This document shows, piece by piece, positions 50,500 through 64,000 of a stretch of 64,000 bases of DNA. Both the position numbers and the translations under genes were made by a program. Each line of letters opens with the position of its first letter. Positions within the stretch are counted from its first letter, which is position 1. The stretch covers positions 86,659,007-86,723,006 of the forward strand of contig NC_068981.1 of NCBI RefSeq assembly GCF_001194135.2. Reading direction: 5' to 3'. The notes beneath the pieces are model-generated. The model had not been told where the DNA came from and made no database searches. It saw only the letters and a list, made by a program, of their open reading frames with translations. The stretch comes from Octopus bimaculoides (lineage: Eukaryota).

Positions 50500-52074
50500 A
50501 AATATCTAGTGAATCTTGCAAGCATGAAGGGGATTCGATCCATCATAGCCAAATTTAAATTAACAGTTCAACAGAACTTTTCTCACGGTGGAACAATGGT
50601 TTTTTTTATTTCAGTGACACTGGTTTTACATTTGCCAGATTGCCTTTAGCTAGGCCGAAATAATGTCTTCACTACCCAACCCTTATAACCTTTTCTACTT
50701 CACCAAAAGCTAGAATAGAGATATCACAGTACCACCAACGAAGCCAATTGTTCTCAATGATATGTCTATCCTCCTGGATAGTTATAAAAACAAGAACCCG
50801 CAAGCAAAAGACAGTTAGTCACTTTGGTGATAATTCAGGGAGAACGAAGTCTGACTGACCGGCTAGAACAACTATGGTATCTCACCAACAACGTAGTTGT
50901 TTCGTCCCACACCCTCACTCTTACTAACTCTAATTCTGTTCTCTGACATCATTCTATCGCTATCTGTGGCTTACTGCTAAGAGAACACAAACACAAACTA
51001 TACACTATCTTTACTTCGCATGCTCTCGGATTTTATAACCTGCCCGTCGAGGTGAGGTATTTTCAACGTAACGGTGAATAAATACTTTCTTAAAACTTCA
51101 TGCATTGTTCATCTTTCAATTCCTACAACATGCCGTTATAACACCAAATTTTTATCGTTACAACTGCTGACTCCGACATTTCATATTATTGTGTACCTAA
51201 CCAATCTTAACTGTTACAAATATATATGTCGTGTCTATGCTTATATGATGCATGTTCCCCAATTTGTTTTTTCAGTGACAAGAATGAATGGGGACTTATG
51301 AAAGAAAAGATTTATATTACACAGAACGTATGAAAGTCAGAGAACAAGCATGAACGTTTAAGACAAACTTGTGAAAATACTTTGGACAGACAAAGTATTA
51401 AAGACTCATTTCATCCACAGTCCCAGCAGGCGGGAAGCTTATGATTGTCTTCGGTTCATCGTCTTGTGCCAACTAGGAGGAGATGAACATTGAGCAGGGG
51501 ACGGAAGTGTCGGGAAACAGAAAAATAAGAAAGAAGCCCTTCTGTCTTTAATTTAAGACTAGCAGAACGTTATAGGTAGAGCTCACTCGAGCCTCACTAA
51601 TTTTAATAGTACTTTGTATAGCGAATGAAATGTTGTTGCGTGATTTAAATGACCTACAAAAATAGTCAGTGAAAGATATATTGCAGATTAACGAGGATTA
51701 GCTGAAGATAAGTTTCTAGTGAAAAAACCCAAAACAAAACAAAACAAAACAAAAACCATTTAAGTGATACGTAGAAGTGTATCTAAATGACAACGAAGCC
51801 ATAATCTTTTTCTTATCTGCTCTGACCCACGATTTACTCACAGACACTTTTGAGACTGGCCATACTCTGTACTTGAACGAAATGCGAATTAGAGATGATG
51901 ATCAAAATTGTGGAGAGCGTTGATCTGACCCAGGCAGTTGTGTATTTCCTTTAAATTATATCTCCTTTTCTAATAAAAAAAAAAATTATTTTGTGTAATT
52001 AAAGAAAAAAAAATGAACACACCTCCAGTATATTGTGCTATATATTACTGGATACTGGATGGTTTCCGTGTTGA

Positions 52075-52420
52075 AGCTCCTAGGAGCTTGTTCACAGGTC
52101 CTTTTCCACTAGACCTTTTCCACAGGTCCTTTTCCATTAATTTGTCATGTGTGGTACAGTACTTCGACAGTTGTAGCTAATAGTAACAGACGGTCAAATT
52201 TTGCAGGAAGCTCCCTCCAATGTGCGCCAAGCCTGTTCTTAAAGGCATTGACTGATGGAGCTGCGACCACATTATTTGGCAGACTGTTCCAGGTGGCAAT
52301 CACACGTTGTACGAAAAAGCAGTTTTTTAATGTTGAGCCTGAATTGTGGCACAATATGGATAGATTTCGGAATACCGATGAACTTTTATGTAAATGCATC
52401 AACTTAAAGGATAAACATAG
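52075..52420 (-). mobile_element. CR1/L2-clade LINE 3' end
   Basis: FFVQRVIATWNSLPNNVVAAPSVNAFKNRL; three 14-bp tandem tail repeats at 52093-52134. Confidence 0.75.
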
Positions 52421-52662
52421 TACAATGTATATTACAATGGATAATACCAAGTGGACTTCCCCCTTTTCTCTCTCCTGTTTCTCTCTCTTTTTCTTTTTTC
52501 TTGGTGATTTCTTCTTTGTGATATAATTCTGGGGAAAGAATATATTTGCGGCTAAAGATAGCTTTATACCACCCTGTCTATCAATTATATACCCATATAA
52601 TGATGCAACGACTCTTTGTGTATAAAGCTTGAAACACGTGTACCGCGGAATCCTTTGTGTTC

Positions 52663-52695
<33 letters not shown>

Positions 52696-53189
52696 GTTAT
52701 GTGGAGAATGGAGAAACAAGCACAAGAAGAAGCAATTGCTTCTTCTTGTGTTTGTTTCTCCATTNNNNNNNNNNNNNNNNNNNNNNNNNNNNNNNNNNNN
52801 NNNNNNNNNNNNNNNNNNNNNNNNNNNNNNNNNNNNNNNNNNNNNNNNNNNNNNNNNNNNNNNNNNNNNNNNNNNNNNNNNNNNNNNNNNNNNNNNNNNN
52901 NNNNNNNNNNNNNNNNNNNNNNNNNNNNNNNNNNNNNNNNNNNNNNNNNNNNNNNNNNNNNNNNNNNNNNNNNNNNNNNNNNNNNNNNNNNNNNNNNNNN
53001 NNNNNNNNNNNNNNNNNNNNNNNNNNNNNNNNNNNNNNNNNNNNNNNNNNNNNNNNNNNNNNNNNNNNNNNNNNNNNNNNNNNNNNNNNNNNNNNNNNNN
53101 NNNNNNNNNNNNNNNNNNNNNNNNNNNNNNNNNNNNNNNNNNNNNNNNNNNNNNNNNNNNNNNNNNNNNNNNNNNNNNNNNNNNNNNNN

Positions 53190-55692
53190 AACAAACAAGT
53201 GTATTAGTTTGACGCTCAGAATAACGGAAAAGTCTTTTACATTTCGAGTCTACGCTCTTCGACGACGGAAAGGAATGAGAAGAAATAAATAGAGAGAGAA
53301 GGGGAAAAAAACGTGTAGGATTCAGCGGACTAACATGGCGAATGATTGGAAAAAAAGAAATAGAATGAACGGGAGATAACAAGGAGAGGTTGAATGAAAG
53401 GGAGATGATAATGGTGATCCCAACAAGCTGAGGTGCACAAGCGTGTGTGTATGTGAGAATGGCGTGTGTGAGTGTGTAAGTGTGCATGGGTGAATGGGGG
53501 GTGAGTGAGTTTGACGTGTGTGCGCGCGCATGTAATGTGTGTCTGTTGTGTGTAGCAGTTGATGCGTGATTTTTCACGTGGTGTGTGTACATGTGTATGT
53601 GTGTGTGTTGCTGTGACCAAATAGTGTGCATGTGTGTAGTGTATGTATGTGGGCGACAGTTATCTTTGTCTATGTGTGTTGCGTGTGTGTGTATATATTG
53701 TCTGTGTTCAGGTATTATGTGCTTGTGTGGGTGTGAGAGTGAGCATGATGGCGTGTGGTGTGTGTGTACTGAGTATGTGTGGTGACGCTATTGAAGATTG
53801 TGCGTGGATGTATGGATGATGGTGTGTGGTGTGGGTTCTGAGAAGTGGTCAGTAATAGTGTGTGTGGAGTGGGAAGGTATTGTGTGTAATGATGTGTGAA
53901 GTGAGTGATGAGTTGAACAGTGTGTATGGGTGTGTGTATAGTGGTGCGTGCAGGTGAGGGTACCGAGGAGAGTGGTATGCAGGTATATAGGAGGCAGTTG
54001 AATGTGGGAGGCGAGTGAGAATCCGTGTGGGGTTGGTGTCAAATAAAGAGAAGAGGTGAGTTGAGCCCATTTGGCACAAAGGAACCAAGAGAGTAGATTA
54101 ATTTCTGTTCACGGCGAAGGCGAGAGTCCGAGTGGCCACTGTGTAGAGACAGTCCAAACACAAACAGATTTTGTAGCGAATGACCGGTAGAGCGGAAATG
54201 GCGCGAGATCGGGATGTCATTAACGAGTCTGATGTCTCAGAGGTGCTCCGTGAACCGGTCAGCCAAGCGGCGTCCCGTTTGACCAATATACCGGGAAGGA
54301 CAGAGAGAGCCGGAGATACAGTAAATAACATTACTAGAGGTGCAGGTAGAGGATTCGGTGACGTGATAGGGACGGTGATGAGTGTCTGTGAAGATGATGG
54401 TGAGGGAGAGCTTGGGACAGGTACGACAGCATGGGTGGGAGCAGGGGAAGGAACCAGGCTGGGAGGTGGGGTAGGGAAGAAACTGTGGACCAAGAGATCA
54501 TAGGTAGATTAGGGAAGATGTGCGAGGTGGAGGGTCGGACTGGAGTCGCCAGAAGGCTCGGAGAATGGTACGTTGGAGGGGTAGGGTGGAGGGGTGGCAG
54601 GTGAGGGGCGACGGGTAAGGGTGGGGCGGGTGCGAGGAGAAAAAGCAGAGGCACGGTCCACAGATCGTGCCCAGGCTAGGGCAATGTGGATAATAGTGAG
54701 GGGCTATCCACGTAGGATAAAGTGGCGAGCCATAAGTTGAGACTGAGTCTCAAAGTCACGGTCATCACTGCAGTGCCTGCGTAGACGGAGGAATCGGGAG
54801 TAGGGGATGGAGGGCTTGGTGTGGGTAGGGTGGGAGAAAGAGAAGTTAAGGTAAGAGTGTGCGTCAGTGTGTTTGTAGTAGATGGAGGCAGTGAGAGCAG
54901 AGTGGTGTATGCTGACAAAAATGTCGAGAAATCCGACGGAAGAGTTAGAGATAGTGCAGGAGAATTCGAGGGCAGGATGGAAGGATTGGACAAAAAAGCG
55001 GAAGGAGTTCAGCTATTCGCGTGAGAGTGAGGTCGCGCCGATACAGTCATCGATATAACGACCGTATTGCTCGGCAGTGGGACCAGTGAATTGTGAGAAT
55101 ATTTTGGCCTCAACGTAGCCAACGAACAGGTTCGCATAGTNNNNNNNNNNNNNNNNNNNNNNNNNNNNNNNNNNNNNNNNNNNNNNNNNNNNNNNNNNNN
55201 NNNNNNNNNNNNNNNNNNNNNNNNNNNNNNNNNNNNNNNNNNNNNNNNNNNNNNNNNNNNNNNNNNNNNNNNNNNNNNNNNNNNNNNNNNNNNNNNNNNN
55301 NNNNNNNNNNNNNNNNNNNNNNNNNNNNNNNNNNNNNNNNNNNNNNNNNNNNNNNNNNNNNNNNNNNNNNNNNNNNNNNNNNNNNNNNNNNNNNNNNNNN
55401 NNNNNNNNNNNNNNNNNNNNNNNNNNNNNNNNNNNNNNNNNNNNNNNNNNNNNNNNNNNNNNNNNNNNNNNNNNNNNNNNNNNNNNNNNNNNNNNNNNNN
55501 NNNNNNNNNNNNNNNNNNNNNNNNNNNNNNNNNNNNNNNNNNNNNNNNNNNNNNNNNNNNNNNNNNNNNNNNNNNNNNNNNNNNNNNNNGGAAAGGAGGT
55601 AAATAGTAGTGGTCCGTGGAGTACGAACAATGAGGCTGGAGGCGGTGGGAGGGAGACGAGAGGAGGAAATGAGGTCATGAATAGTGGAGCAT
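53190..55692 (-). mobile_element. Neptune-type Penelope-like element, 5'-truncated, about 2.5 kb, gap inside RT
   Basis: LISSSRLPPTASSLIVRTPRT; YANLFVGYVE; RYIDDC; FLDIFV; YYKHTD; SHP; TCTSSNVIYCIS...YIGQTGRRLADRFTEHL*; PNGLN; stop at 54039-54041; hammerhead-like motif in 3' UTR. Confidence 0.92.
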
Positions 55693-55723
55693 ACATGTAT
55701 GTATGTATGTATGTATGTATGTA

Positions 55724-55760
<37 letters not shown>

Positions 55761-55807
55761 ATGTATGTATGAATGAGTAATATGTATGTATGTATGTATG
55801 TATGTAT

Positions 55808-56612
55808 ATCGGTTACTGGAAGCTGAACGCATCGTACAATACGCGCGAAGCTGACAGGGATCGGATAAGCGAATTAGTTAAGCGGTCGTTGGCGGGAATT
55901 AATTGTCAGCATCAAATTGTGGTTCGCCCTGAAAGTGGCGATTTGAGTAGAATCGATAGAGACTAGTAAGGTCGTAGCTATAGAGAAAAATAGACAGCGA
56001 CTTAAAAACTTAGACGAGGCACTTAGGAAAAGCATTACAACCGACATGCTCAACTAATTCTTCAACGTGAAGCACAAAAGATGCATTGTCATAGTTGAGG
56101 GACGTGCTCTCAAACATGAAGGGACGAAAGCGGTTCGACGGGTTCGAATGATCGAAGTTCAGCGTGACAACAAAACCACAATTCGCTCTTTAACGGACAA
56201 TAATGGGCGCATATCACTCAACCGTGATCAGATGTATAAGGTTTTTCTGCAGCACTTCTGTTAACTGCTTGGGATGAATGGCGGGCTGGAAGGCATGAAT
56301 CGATTTCAATGTTTTTTCCACGCTCTGCTGCGACTCTTGGTGAGAGAGGTGGAGTGTTGCAAAAAGCCCGTAACAACTACTGGAATACAGAAAACGATGG
56401 CTAGCTGTACAGGAGCAAATCGCCGGGTTTGGATGGTCTCCCCTACAAGCTTTACTTTCACATGCCAGACTTCTTTGGAGGCTTTTCACAGATACCTACA
56501 ACAACTGACAGCAGAACAGAAGGACTCTTAGTCCTGTGAATCGAGGAGCGTTAGCCCTCCTGAGAAGGGACCAAATAACGGGAGGGATCCCGTTGATAAT
56601 TTTTGACCCATG
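55808..56612 (+). mobile_element. Tx1/L1-clade ORF2 internal fragment
   Basis: GYWKLNAS, IRSLTDNNG and KSPGLDGLPYKLY (frameshifted). Confidence 0.85.
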
Positions 56613-56646
56613 ACTCTGTGCCTTGTGCCTATAGTAGAAAGAAAGG

Positions 56647-57185
<539 letters not shown>

Positions 57186-58431
57186 TATGTTAACTGGAAA
57201 CTTGTTTGGACTTGCTTCTGTAAGGTTAAGAAAATTTGTTTTGTGCACTTTCAGGTGTTTGTTATTTTGAAATTTTGCTGTTCATTTTAATGCAGAGCAG
57301 CCAACTAGCCAGTTCTTCTAGTTAGCTTTGTTGTTTTATGTATTTGTTTCTCACATCTTTGAGGTTAAATGTAACATCTGGAATAATTTTATTTTTTCTT
57401 CGGAATTTTTTTTTTTTTTAAAACGTTAAACATATCGACACTTTTGAAAGTAAATGAATGAACAGAAAATTAAAAATTAAAATTGAAAAGGTCGCAAAGG
57501 AGAGGCTGTCTTCGAAAACGACTTTCTTCTGTCTGACGTTTACCCCTGAGAAGAATAGAAGAGCAAAACCCTGTCGAGCTGAAACAGCATATCAAGCAAC
57601 AACAGCTGTAACGTATCAAGTGAAACCACCACCAGCACCGCCACCACCACCACCACCACTACTTTCAATAGTAACAACAACGGGCGGACAATGAAACAGA
57701 GCATGCANNNNNNNNNNNNNNNNNNNNNNNNNNNNNNNNNNNNNNNNNNNNNNNNNNNNNNNNNNNNNNNNNNNNNNNNNNNNNNNNNNNNNNNNNNNNN
57801 NNNNNNNNNNNNNNNNNNNNNNNNNNNNNNNNNNNNNNNNNNNNNNNNNNNNNNNNNNNNNNNNNNNNNNNNNNNNNNNNNNNNNNNNNNNNNNNNNNNN
57901 NNNNNNNNNNNNNNNNNNNNNNNNNNNNNNNNNNNNNNNNNNNNNNNNNNNNNNNNNNNNNNNNNNNNNNNNNNNNNNNNNNNNNNNNNNNNNNNNNNNN
58001 NNNNNNNNNNNNNNNNNNNNNNNNNNNNNNNNNNNNNNNNNNNNNNNNNNNNNNNNNNNNNNNNNNNNNNNNNNNNNNNNNNNNNNNNNNNNNNNNNNNN
58101 NNNNNNNNNNNNNNNNNNNNNNNNNNNNNNNNNNNNNNNNNNNNNNNNNNNNNNNNNNNNNNNNNNNNNNNNNNNNNNNNNNNNNNNNNNNNNNNNNNNN
58201 NNNNNNNNNNNNNNNNNNNNNNNNNNNNNNNNNNNNNNNNNNNNNNNNNNNNNNNNNNNNNNNNNNNNNNNNNNNNNNNNNNNNNNNNNNNNNNNNNNNN
58301 NNNNNNNNNNNNNNNNNNNNNNNNNNNNNNNNNNNNNNNNNNNNNNNNNNNNNNNNNNNNNNNNNNNNNNNNNNNNNNNNNNNNNNNNNNNNNNNNNNNN
58401 NNNNNNNNNNNNNNNNNNNNNNNNNNNNNNN

Positions 58432-58640
58432 TATACGCGTGTATATGTTTGTGTGTCTGTGTTTGTCCCCCCAACTTCGCTTGACAATCGAGGCTGGTGT
58501 GTTTACGTCCCCGTAACTTAGCGGTTCGGCAAAAAGAGACCGATAGAATAAGTCCTGGCGTCGATTTGCTCGACTAAAAGGCGGTGCTCCAGCATGGCCG
58601 CAGTCAAATGACTGAAACAAGTAAAAGAGTAAAAGAGTAA
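58432..58640 (+). mobile_element. SINE family A 3' half
   Basis: GTTTACGTCCCCGTAACTTAGCGGTTCGG...GCATGGCCGCAGTCAAATGACTGAAACAAGTAAAAGAG. Confidence 0.9.
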
Positions 58641-59374
58641 CTTGCCCCAACTCTTCGAAGCAGAACTAAACATGTTGAGTAGGATCCGGAAATGTAGGTG
58701 AATGCGTTAGTATTACAAGCAAACAATCAAATGAAAGGTGCCGAAAACCCCATCTTTGAACAAGCAGAAAAAAAAAAAACATATGTAGGAAGTGTGACAG
58801 ATGAGGAAAGCAAGACAATGTAATGATGGCCATATACCTCAACCAGAAAAATAGCATGACATACACGTTCCTCTAACGAATATTCATCAATGTTAACACA
58901 TGGAAAGATATATAACTAAGGTGACTCGGAAATGTTTGCTTAGAAATCAACCTCAAATATTTTATGTAATCTTAAGTATATGATTTTGGAGGAGTATGGG
59001 GAAGTTATCAGTACCAAACTTAGTTCCTATAAAAACAAGTCAGCGTTTAAAAATACAGATGCAAATGCTTTTAACTCCAGACAACACAGGAAAAATCTCC
59101 GACCTAATCTACTTGGAAGCAGTAAGAGTCGAAGTGGAAGGCAGGAGAGCTATGTACTATATTTGCTGTTGCACTAGCCATCAGAAAGCTTTATGAACTC
59201 AGGAAGAAATGTAAAAGCCTCTTCACTGTCAATACCATAACCACAACTTTATCAACAGCTGCAACATAGCAAGATCAGCAGCAGCAGCGGCAGCAGCAGT
59301 AGCAACAACAACAAAAGCAACAAANNNNNNNNNNTAATAACAATAACAATAACAACAACAACAATAATAATCCT

Positions 59375-59580
59375 TTCTATTATAAGCATGAGCCCAGAAA
59401 TTGTTGGGGAGGGGACTAGTTGATTATATTGATCCCAGAACTCAACTGGTAATTAATTTATCGACCCTGAAAGGATGAAAGGCAAAGCCGACCTTGGCGG
59501 AATTTGAACTCAAAACATAAAGATAGACAAAATGCTGCTAAGTACTCTACCCTGCGCGCTAACAATTCTACCACCTCACN
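59375..59580 (-). mobile_element. SINE family B
   Basis: GAAAGGATGAAAGGCAAAGCCGACCTTGGCGGAATTTGAACTC. Confidence 0.8.
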
Positions 59581-59949
59581 NNNNNNNNNACAACAACAAC
59601 AACAGGAAAATACACCAGTAACCTCAAAAGAAAAAGAAATGTAAAAAACAAGGACAGCAAACACCATACTTTCTTTGCTCTCCTAAACAAAAACGACAAT
59701 GAGTTGGGAGTTATACAACCCAACAAAAGAACATACAAATAGAAGGGGAGGACTTTGAAGGGGATCCCTTTCAAACCTTCATCAAATAAATTTTTTTATG
59801 TGAATGCCCTAAATTTCTAAAATAGCATGGTAATCTACCTGAGAAACAGTAAACGAATGTCTTCTTGAAGGTTCTTTCTGAAAGACCGGATTATTCATTT
59901 TCCCCACAAGTCTATTATGAGTTACTTCTCTCACTCCCCCACCTTTTTT

Positions 59950-61500
59950 TTCGACTAATAGTCTTATAGTAGGAAGCATAAATGTATGTCATCTCGGGTC
60001 ACCTTAGAAACAAGGTCGCTTGTTTAATGACTTTATTCCATTAGATTCGCATCCATCTTCGACGACTAAGATGCGTACGCTTTCTTTTTTGGCCTTGAAT
60101 GGGAGAAGTAGCTGCGTTGTTTTGGAAAACTTTGGATCTCGAAGCATGGACTATTTTCTTGGATCCAGATGATATGATGGTGATACTGGATGTGATCAGG
60201 AGGAGCTTTCAGTTTAGAGACTACCTATGCTTTAAAGGGGTAGACCGACTGGATTTCAGGCGTCATAAACTTTACAAACTTGATAAGACAGTTTCATCTG
60301 GCAGATACCGACTAAATTTTGTGTATGCACCAGTGTGAAGATAGAGCTAAACAAGATCGATAAGGGTTAGAAAGGAAGTAGGGATAGAAAAAAAAAAGAC
60401 ACGAGTTAGTGAGTAAATTATAAGAGGCGGTGAAGAAAGGAATCGCGACTGACATGCTAGTGGTAGGAATGCCTTCCGATTATTTTTTCAATGCAAAACA
60501 CGAAGGTTGCGTTGTCAAAATTACGATACGTACTCTAAAGACACGAGGGAACGAAAGCTGTTCGTTGGGTCCAGGTGGAAGAGATGCAATAGGGCAACAA
60601 AGCTACAACTTGTTCTTTGACTAAACAGGAATGGGTAAATACTACTCGATTCCAAACAATTGTGTGCAATCTTCCAGCGGAATTTGTTTCAATGATCAAG
60701 AGCAAGCAGCAGACCAGAGGCGATAGCGGACTTAAGTACCTACCGCGATAGCCTACCACAAAATTCTGGACAGAGATGTGTCACCTGATTTGGGTGGTTT
60801 GTTCTTTGAGCTTCACGTATATCTCACAGACTTGTTTGTTGACGTCTTAAGACCGTCTCGTGCAAGTGGCAGCAAATACGGGAGAATGTGCTGCTTTGTG
60901 ACTCGCGGAATGGGAGCACGACAATTTCTATCTTATGCAATAAGTACATCGTAGTGAGGTTGGCCTTCGCTATTTGGAGCCTTTGCTTTAGCAAGGGGTT
61001 TCGGTTCCGACTCCGAGACTGGATCGTTTCAGAATATCGTGGAATCTTCTCAATGGTTACATTAAACAACCACTCTTGGAAGTCTTTCAAATCACGCACT
61101 TGGTTCATTAAAGGTGTCTTTTCGATCAATTACTATGGAAATAAGAGTTGTTAAGAGGCACCCTACCCTGTTCGAACTGGGACGTGGGTGGGCTTGACGT
61201 CATATAATACCACTCGACCATAGAGTCGTGCCCTAGTTTTTTTCTGACCAGCCTAGAGAAGCCATTCGTTCGCTTCTTGTGGAAGAGATACTTTCTATAG
61301 GTCAGACGTTCCATCTACTGTCAACATGCTCTGAACAGAGCTCATTAAGCCGTCGCTCATGAAGTGCAGAAATGCAATGTATTTGCGTCATTTACAAACA
61401 TTTCTTGACGAAGATTAAGCGTGGTTTCTCCACAGCTCCTCTCTTTGGCAGAGCTGTATTTCTTGGCTAAACGAAGACCAAGTCGGGTAACGTAGTCAAT
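59950..61500 (-). pseudogene. probable piggyBac-type transposase fossil
   Basis: across three frames and in the expected order: FLHFMSDGLM, HISVQNFVVGYRGR (ISVDE..V.(Y/F)RGR), RLWSAAC, TIVWNRVVF, EQVVALL, RNFDN; heavily degraded, TIRs not found. Confidence 0.4.
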
Positions 61501-62983
61501 GGAATTTCCATGTTGACACCATGTAGAAAACTTGTGGTGGGGAACTGGAAATAACTCAGTTAATAAAGAATAATTCTATGCTAGAAAAAAATGATAGAAA
61601 GGAAGAACTCCGGATAAAATGTCAAACTAAATTTAGCCAATATTCTAAGTTCAAATCATTCTCGTGGCAATTTCCCCTTTCATCCCAGGAGGGTCCGTAA
61701 AACATTCAGTATAAGCCTGATTTCCTGTACAGGTCAAGCAGAGTGGGGGGAATATGTCGTTTCAAAGCGTTGCTGCATTTACCATTTGTCGGTATCTGCT
61801 CAGGTCGTCCAGGGCAACCCTCCGAGCAGTGTCTCAATGAGTTTTCATCCCCGTCAAATACTTCCTTATCTGCCGTAACCATGAAGCATATAGCCGACCA
61901 ACACGAGCTGTCATCCTAGCCGGATCTTCAGAGAAGAGGACATGATACATAGGATCCAACTCGGAAAATCAAGCAACATGGCCAAACTATTTGAGCTGAC
62001 GCTCTTGAATCATACAAGTAACAGGATGCATCTCGGTTTCTGAGTACAGTTGTTGCTTGGATACGAAATTGACCAATGATAACCCATAAACCTGCAAAGT
62101 GTCCTAGTATCGAAGGAGTTCAGACAGTCCCTAAGGGCTCTGGACAGTGTCCAAGTCTTGTAACTTCAGAGCAAGATATATATATATATATATATANNNN
62201 NNNNNNNNNNNNNNNNNNNNNNNNNNNNNNNNNNNNNNNNNNNNNNNNNNNNNNNNNNNNNNNNNNNNNNNNNNNNNNNNNNNNNNNNNNNNNNNNNNNN
62301 NNNNNNNNNNNNNNNNNNNNNNNNNNNNNNNNNNNNNNNNNNNNNNNNNNNNNNNNNNNNNNNNNNNNNNNNNNNNNNNNNNNNNNNNNNNNNNNNNNNN
62401 NNNNNNNNNNNNNNNNNNNNNNNNNNNNNNNNNNNNNNNNNNNNNNNNNNNNNNNNNNNNNNNNNNNNNNNNNNNNNNNNNNNNNNNNNNNNNNNNNNNN
62501 NNNNNNNNNNNNNNNNNNNNNNNNNNNNNNNNNNNNNNNNNNNNNNNNNNNNNNNNNNNNNNNNNNNNNNNNNNNNNNNNNNNNNNNNNNNNNNNNNNNN
62601 NNNNNNNNNNNNNNNNNNNNNNNNNNNNNNNNNNNNNNNNNNNNNNNNNNNNNNNNNNNNNNNNNNNNNNNNNNNNNNNNNNNNNNNNNNNNNNNNNNNN
62701 NNNNNNNNNNNNNNNNNNNNNNNNNNNNNNNNNNNNNNNNNNNNNNNNNNNNNNNNNNNNNNNNNNNNNNNNNNNNNNNNNNNNNNNNNNNNNNNNNNNN
62801 NNNNNNNNNNNNNNCTCCTGACCATTGAGTCAGAATCGAATCAAACTACATCCACTTAGTAATGTGGTTGTACGCATTTAAATACTCTTCGTAAATTTAT
62901 GTTTTACTCTAGGTGAACATATGTGCTGCGAGGTAGTTTTTCTAAGACAAATTCACAAAGCTATTATTATTATTATTATTATT

Positions 62984-63102
62984 CAGTGGTTTTATTTTTA
63001 TAACGTGCTTTCACTTCACTACCGAGCGCAGCTCTGTGCGCCTTGGGTATGTGCTGTGGTTTGCTGTGGTGCTCTTATGTTTACTGTATTGAAAGTGTTT
63101 TG

Positions 63103-63103
<1 letters not shown>
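62984..63103 (-). mobile_element. R4/Dong-like 3' end, 120 bp
   Basis: near-identical to 43670-43791; (ATT)n on both sides. Confidence 0.85.
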
Positions 63104-63151
<48 letters not shown>

Positions 63152-64000
63152 GATGATGACGATACCATAAACGTTACCAACAACATAAAACGGGGACCAA
63201 CCCAACCACACCGACGACGTCAGTGAATTCATAAAACTATAAATAATACAGAAAAAGACAATAAAAAATAAAAATGAAAAACGATAGCCTCTACATCAAA
63301 ACAAAGAAACTGAATAGACAAATGCAGGTAACTTTTAATTTAATTAGAATATGTAAATTGAATATCGATCTATTGGTAAAAATAACAAACATGTCATTTC
63401 TTAATAGATTTATCTTGGTCAAGGACACTACTCTTATGTCCTATGAATCAAAATGAATGTATTAATAGTGTTCCGTTTTCAGTTTATAGTTGCAATTTTG
63501 ACATAACAGGAAAGAATATACGAGACGAATTTACCGAGAATTAAAAGTATTTTCCTGCTTAGTCGATAGGAAACAAGTAAGTCAAAGTGTTTCACAAATG
63601 AAGTAATAATCATAGTGCGCGCGCGGGCACATACACACACATGCACACACACATACGCACATATACACATACACACACCTCCACATCAACTTATCTATGT
63701 AACTGTCTACATGTGTATGTGTATGTGTGAGTGTGTGTGTGTGTGCGTGCGTGCGTGTGTATAAGAATGCTTATTTTGCAAGTGAGATTCACAAGAACTC
63801 GATACCTTTGATACATTCACTACACACACCTTGAATACACACACAGATCGAGTGAGCGAGTGTGTGAGAGAGAGAGATAGTGAGAGAAAGGAAATGAGAG
63901 AGAGAGAAAGAGAAAGATAGATAGATAGATAGAGAGAGAGAGCTAAGGATACATGTTTTGCAAGTGGTGAGAAACAACAGGATATATGTAATCAAACTGT

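Noticed and set aside
52590-52650. GAAACACGTGTA palindromic stem III-like motif
   Set aside because: No CUGANGA core or stem I partner
54098-55024. Several 80-130 aa Pro/Gly-rich ORFs on both strands
   Set aside because: Alternative frames and antisense of the frameshifted PLE ORF

Overview
AT-rich, microsatellite-dense animal genomic DNA. It contains about 6 kb of N in eleven large gaps plus several 10-N gaps. The repeat families (tRNA-derived SINEs with CORE-like and Deu/Nin-like middles, (TA)n/(CA)n/(TAA)n tracts) look cephalopod, probably Octopus; this is an inference. There is no rRNA, no true tRNA gene, no CRISPR array and no long intact ORF. Nearly all listed ORFs are microsatellite or gap artefacts, or transposon remnants. 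The window is mostly mobile-element debris: (1) Penelope-like element (PLE) fragments from several lineages, the best being a 2.5 kb RT+GIY-YIG copy at 53.2-55.7 kb; (2) four R4/Dong-like RLE LINE ends sitting in (TAA)n; (3) three Tx1/L1-like pieces; (4) two RTE pieces, one with a twin-priming-type inversion; (5) a CR1/L2-like end, a hAT-Charlie MITE, a mariner MITE and a probable piggyBac fossil; (6) dozens of SINE copies in about five families. The most interesting signals are: about six hammerhead-ribozyme motifs, some with unusually long stem II inserts and one enclosed in long inverted arms; a candidate small-exon gene on the minus strand, running from a CpG-rich promoter-like region at about 34.7 kb across a CpG-depleted domain; a SINE sharing its 3' tail with a Tx1 LINE; a locally templated inverted insertion; and several fold-back elements. 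All alignments and translations were done by eye, and element boundaries are approximate unless a TSD or splice site is quoted.
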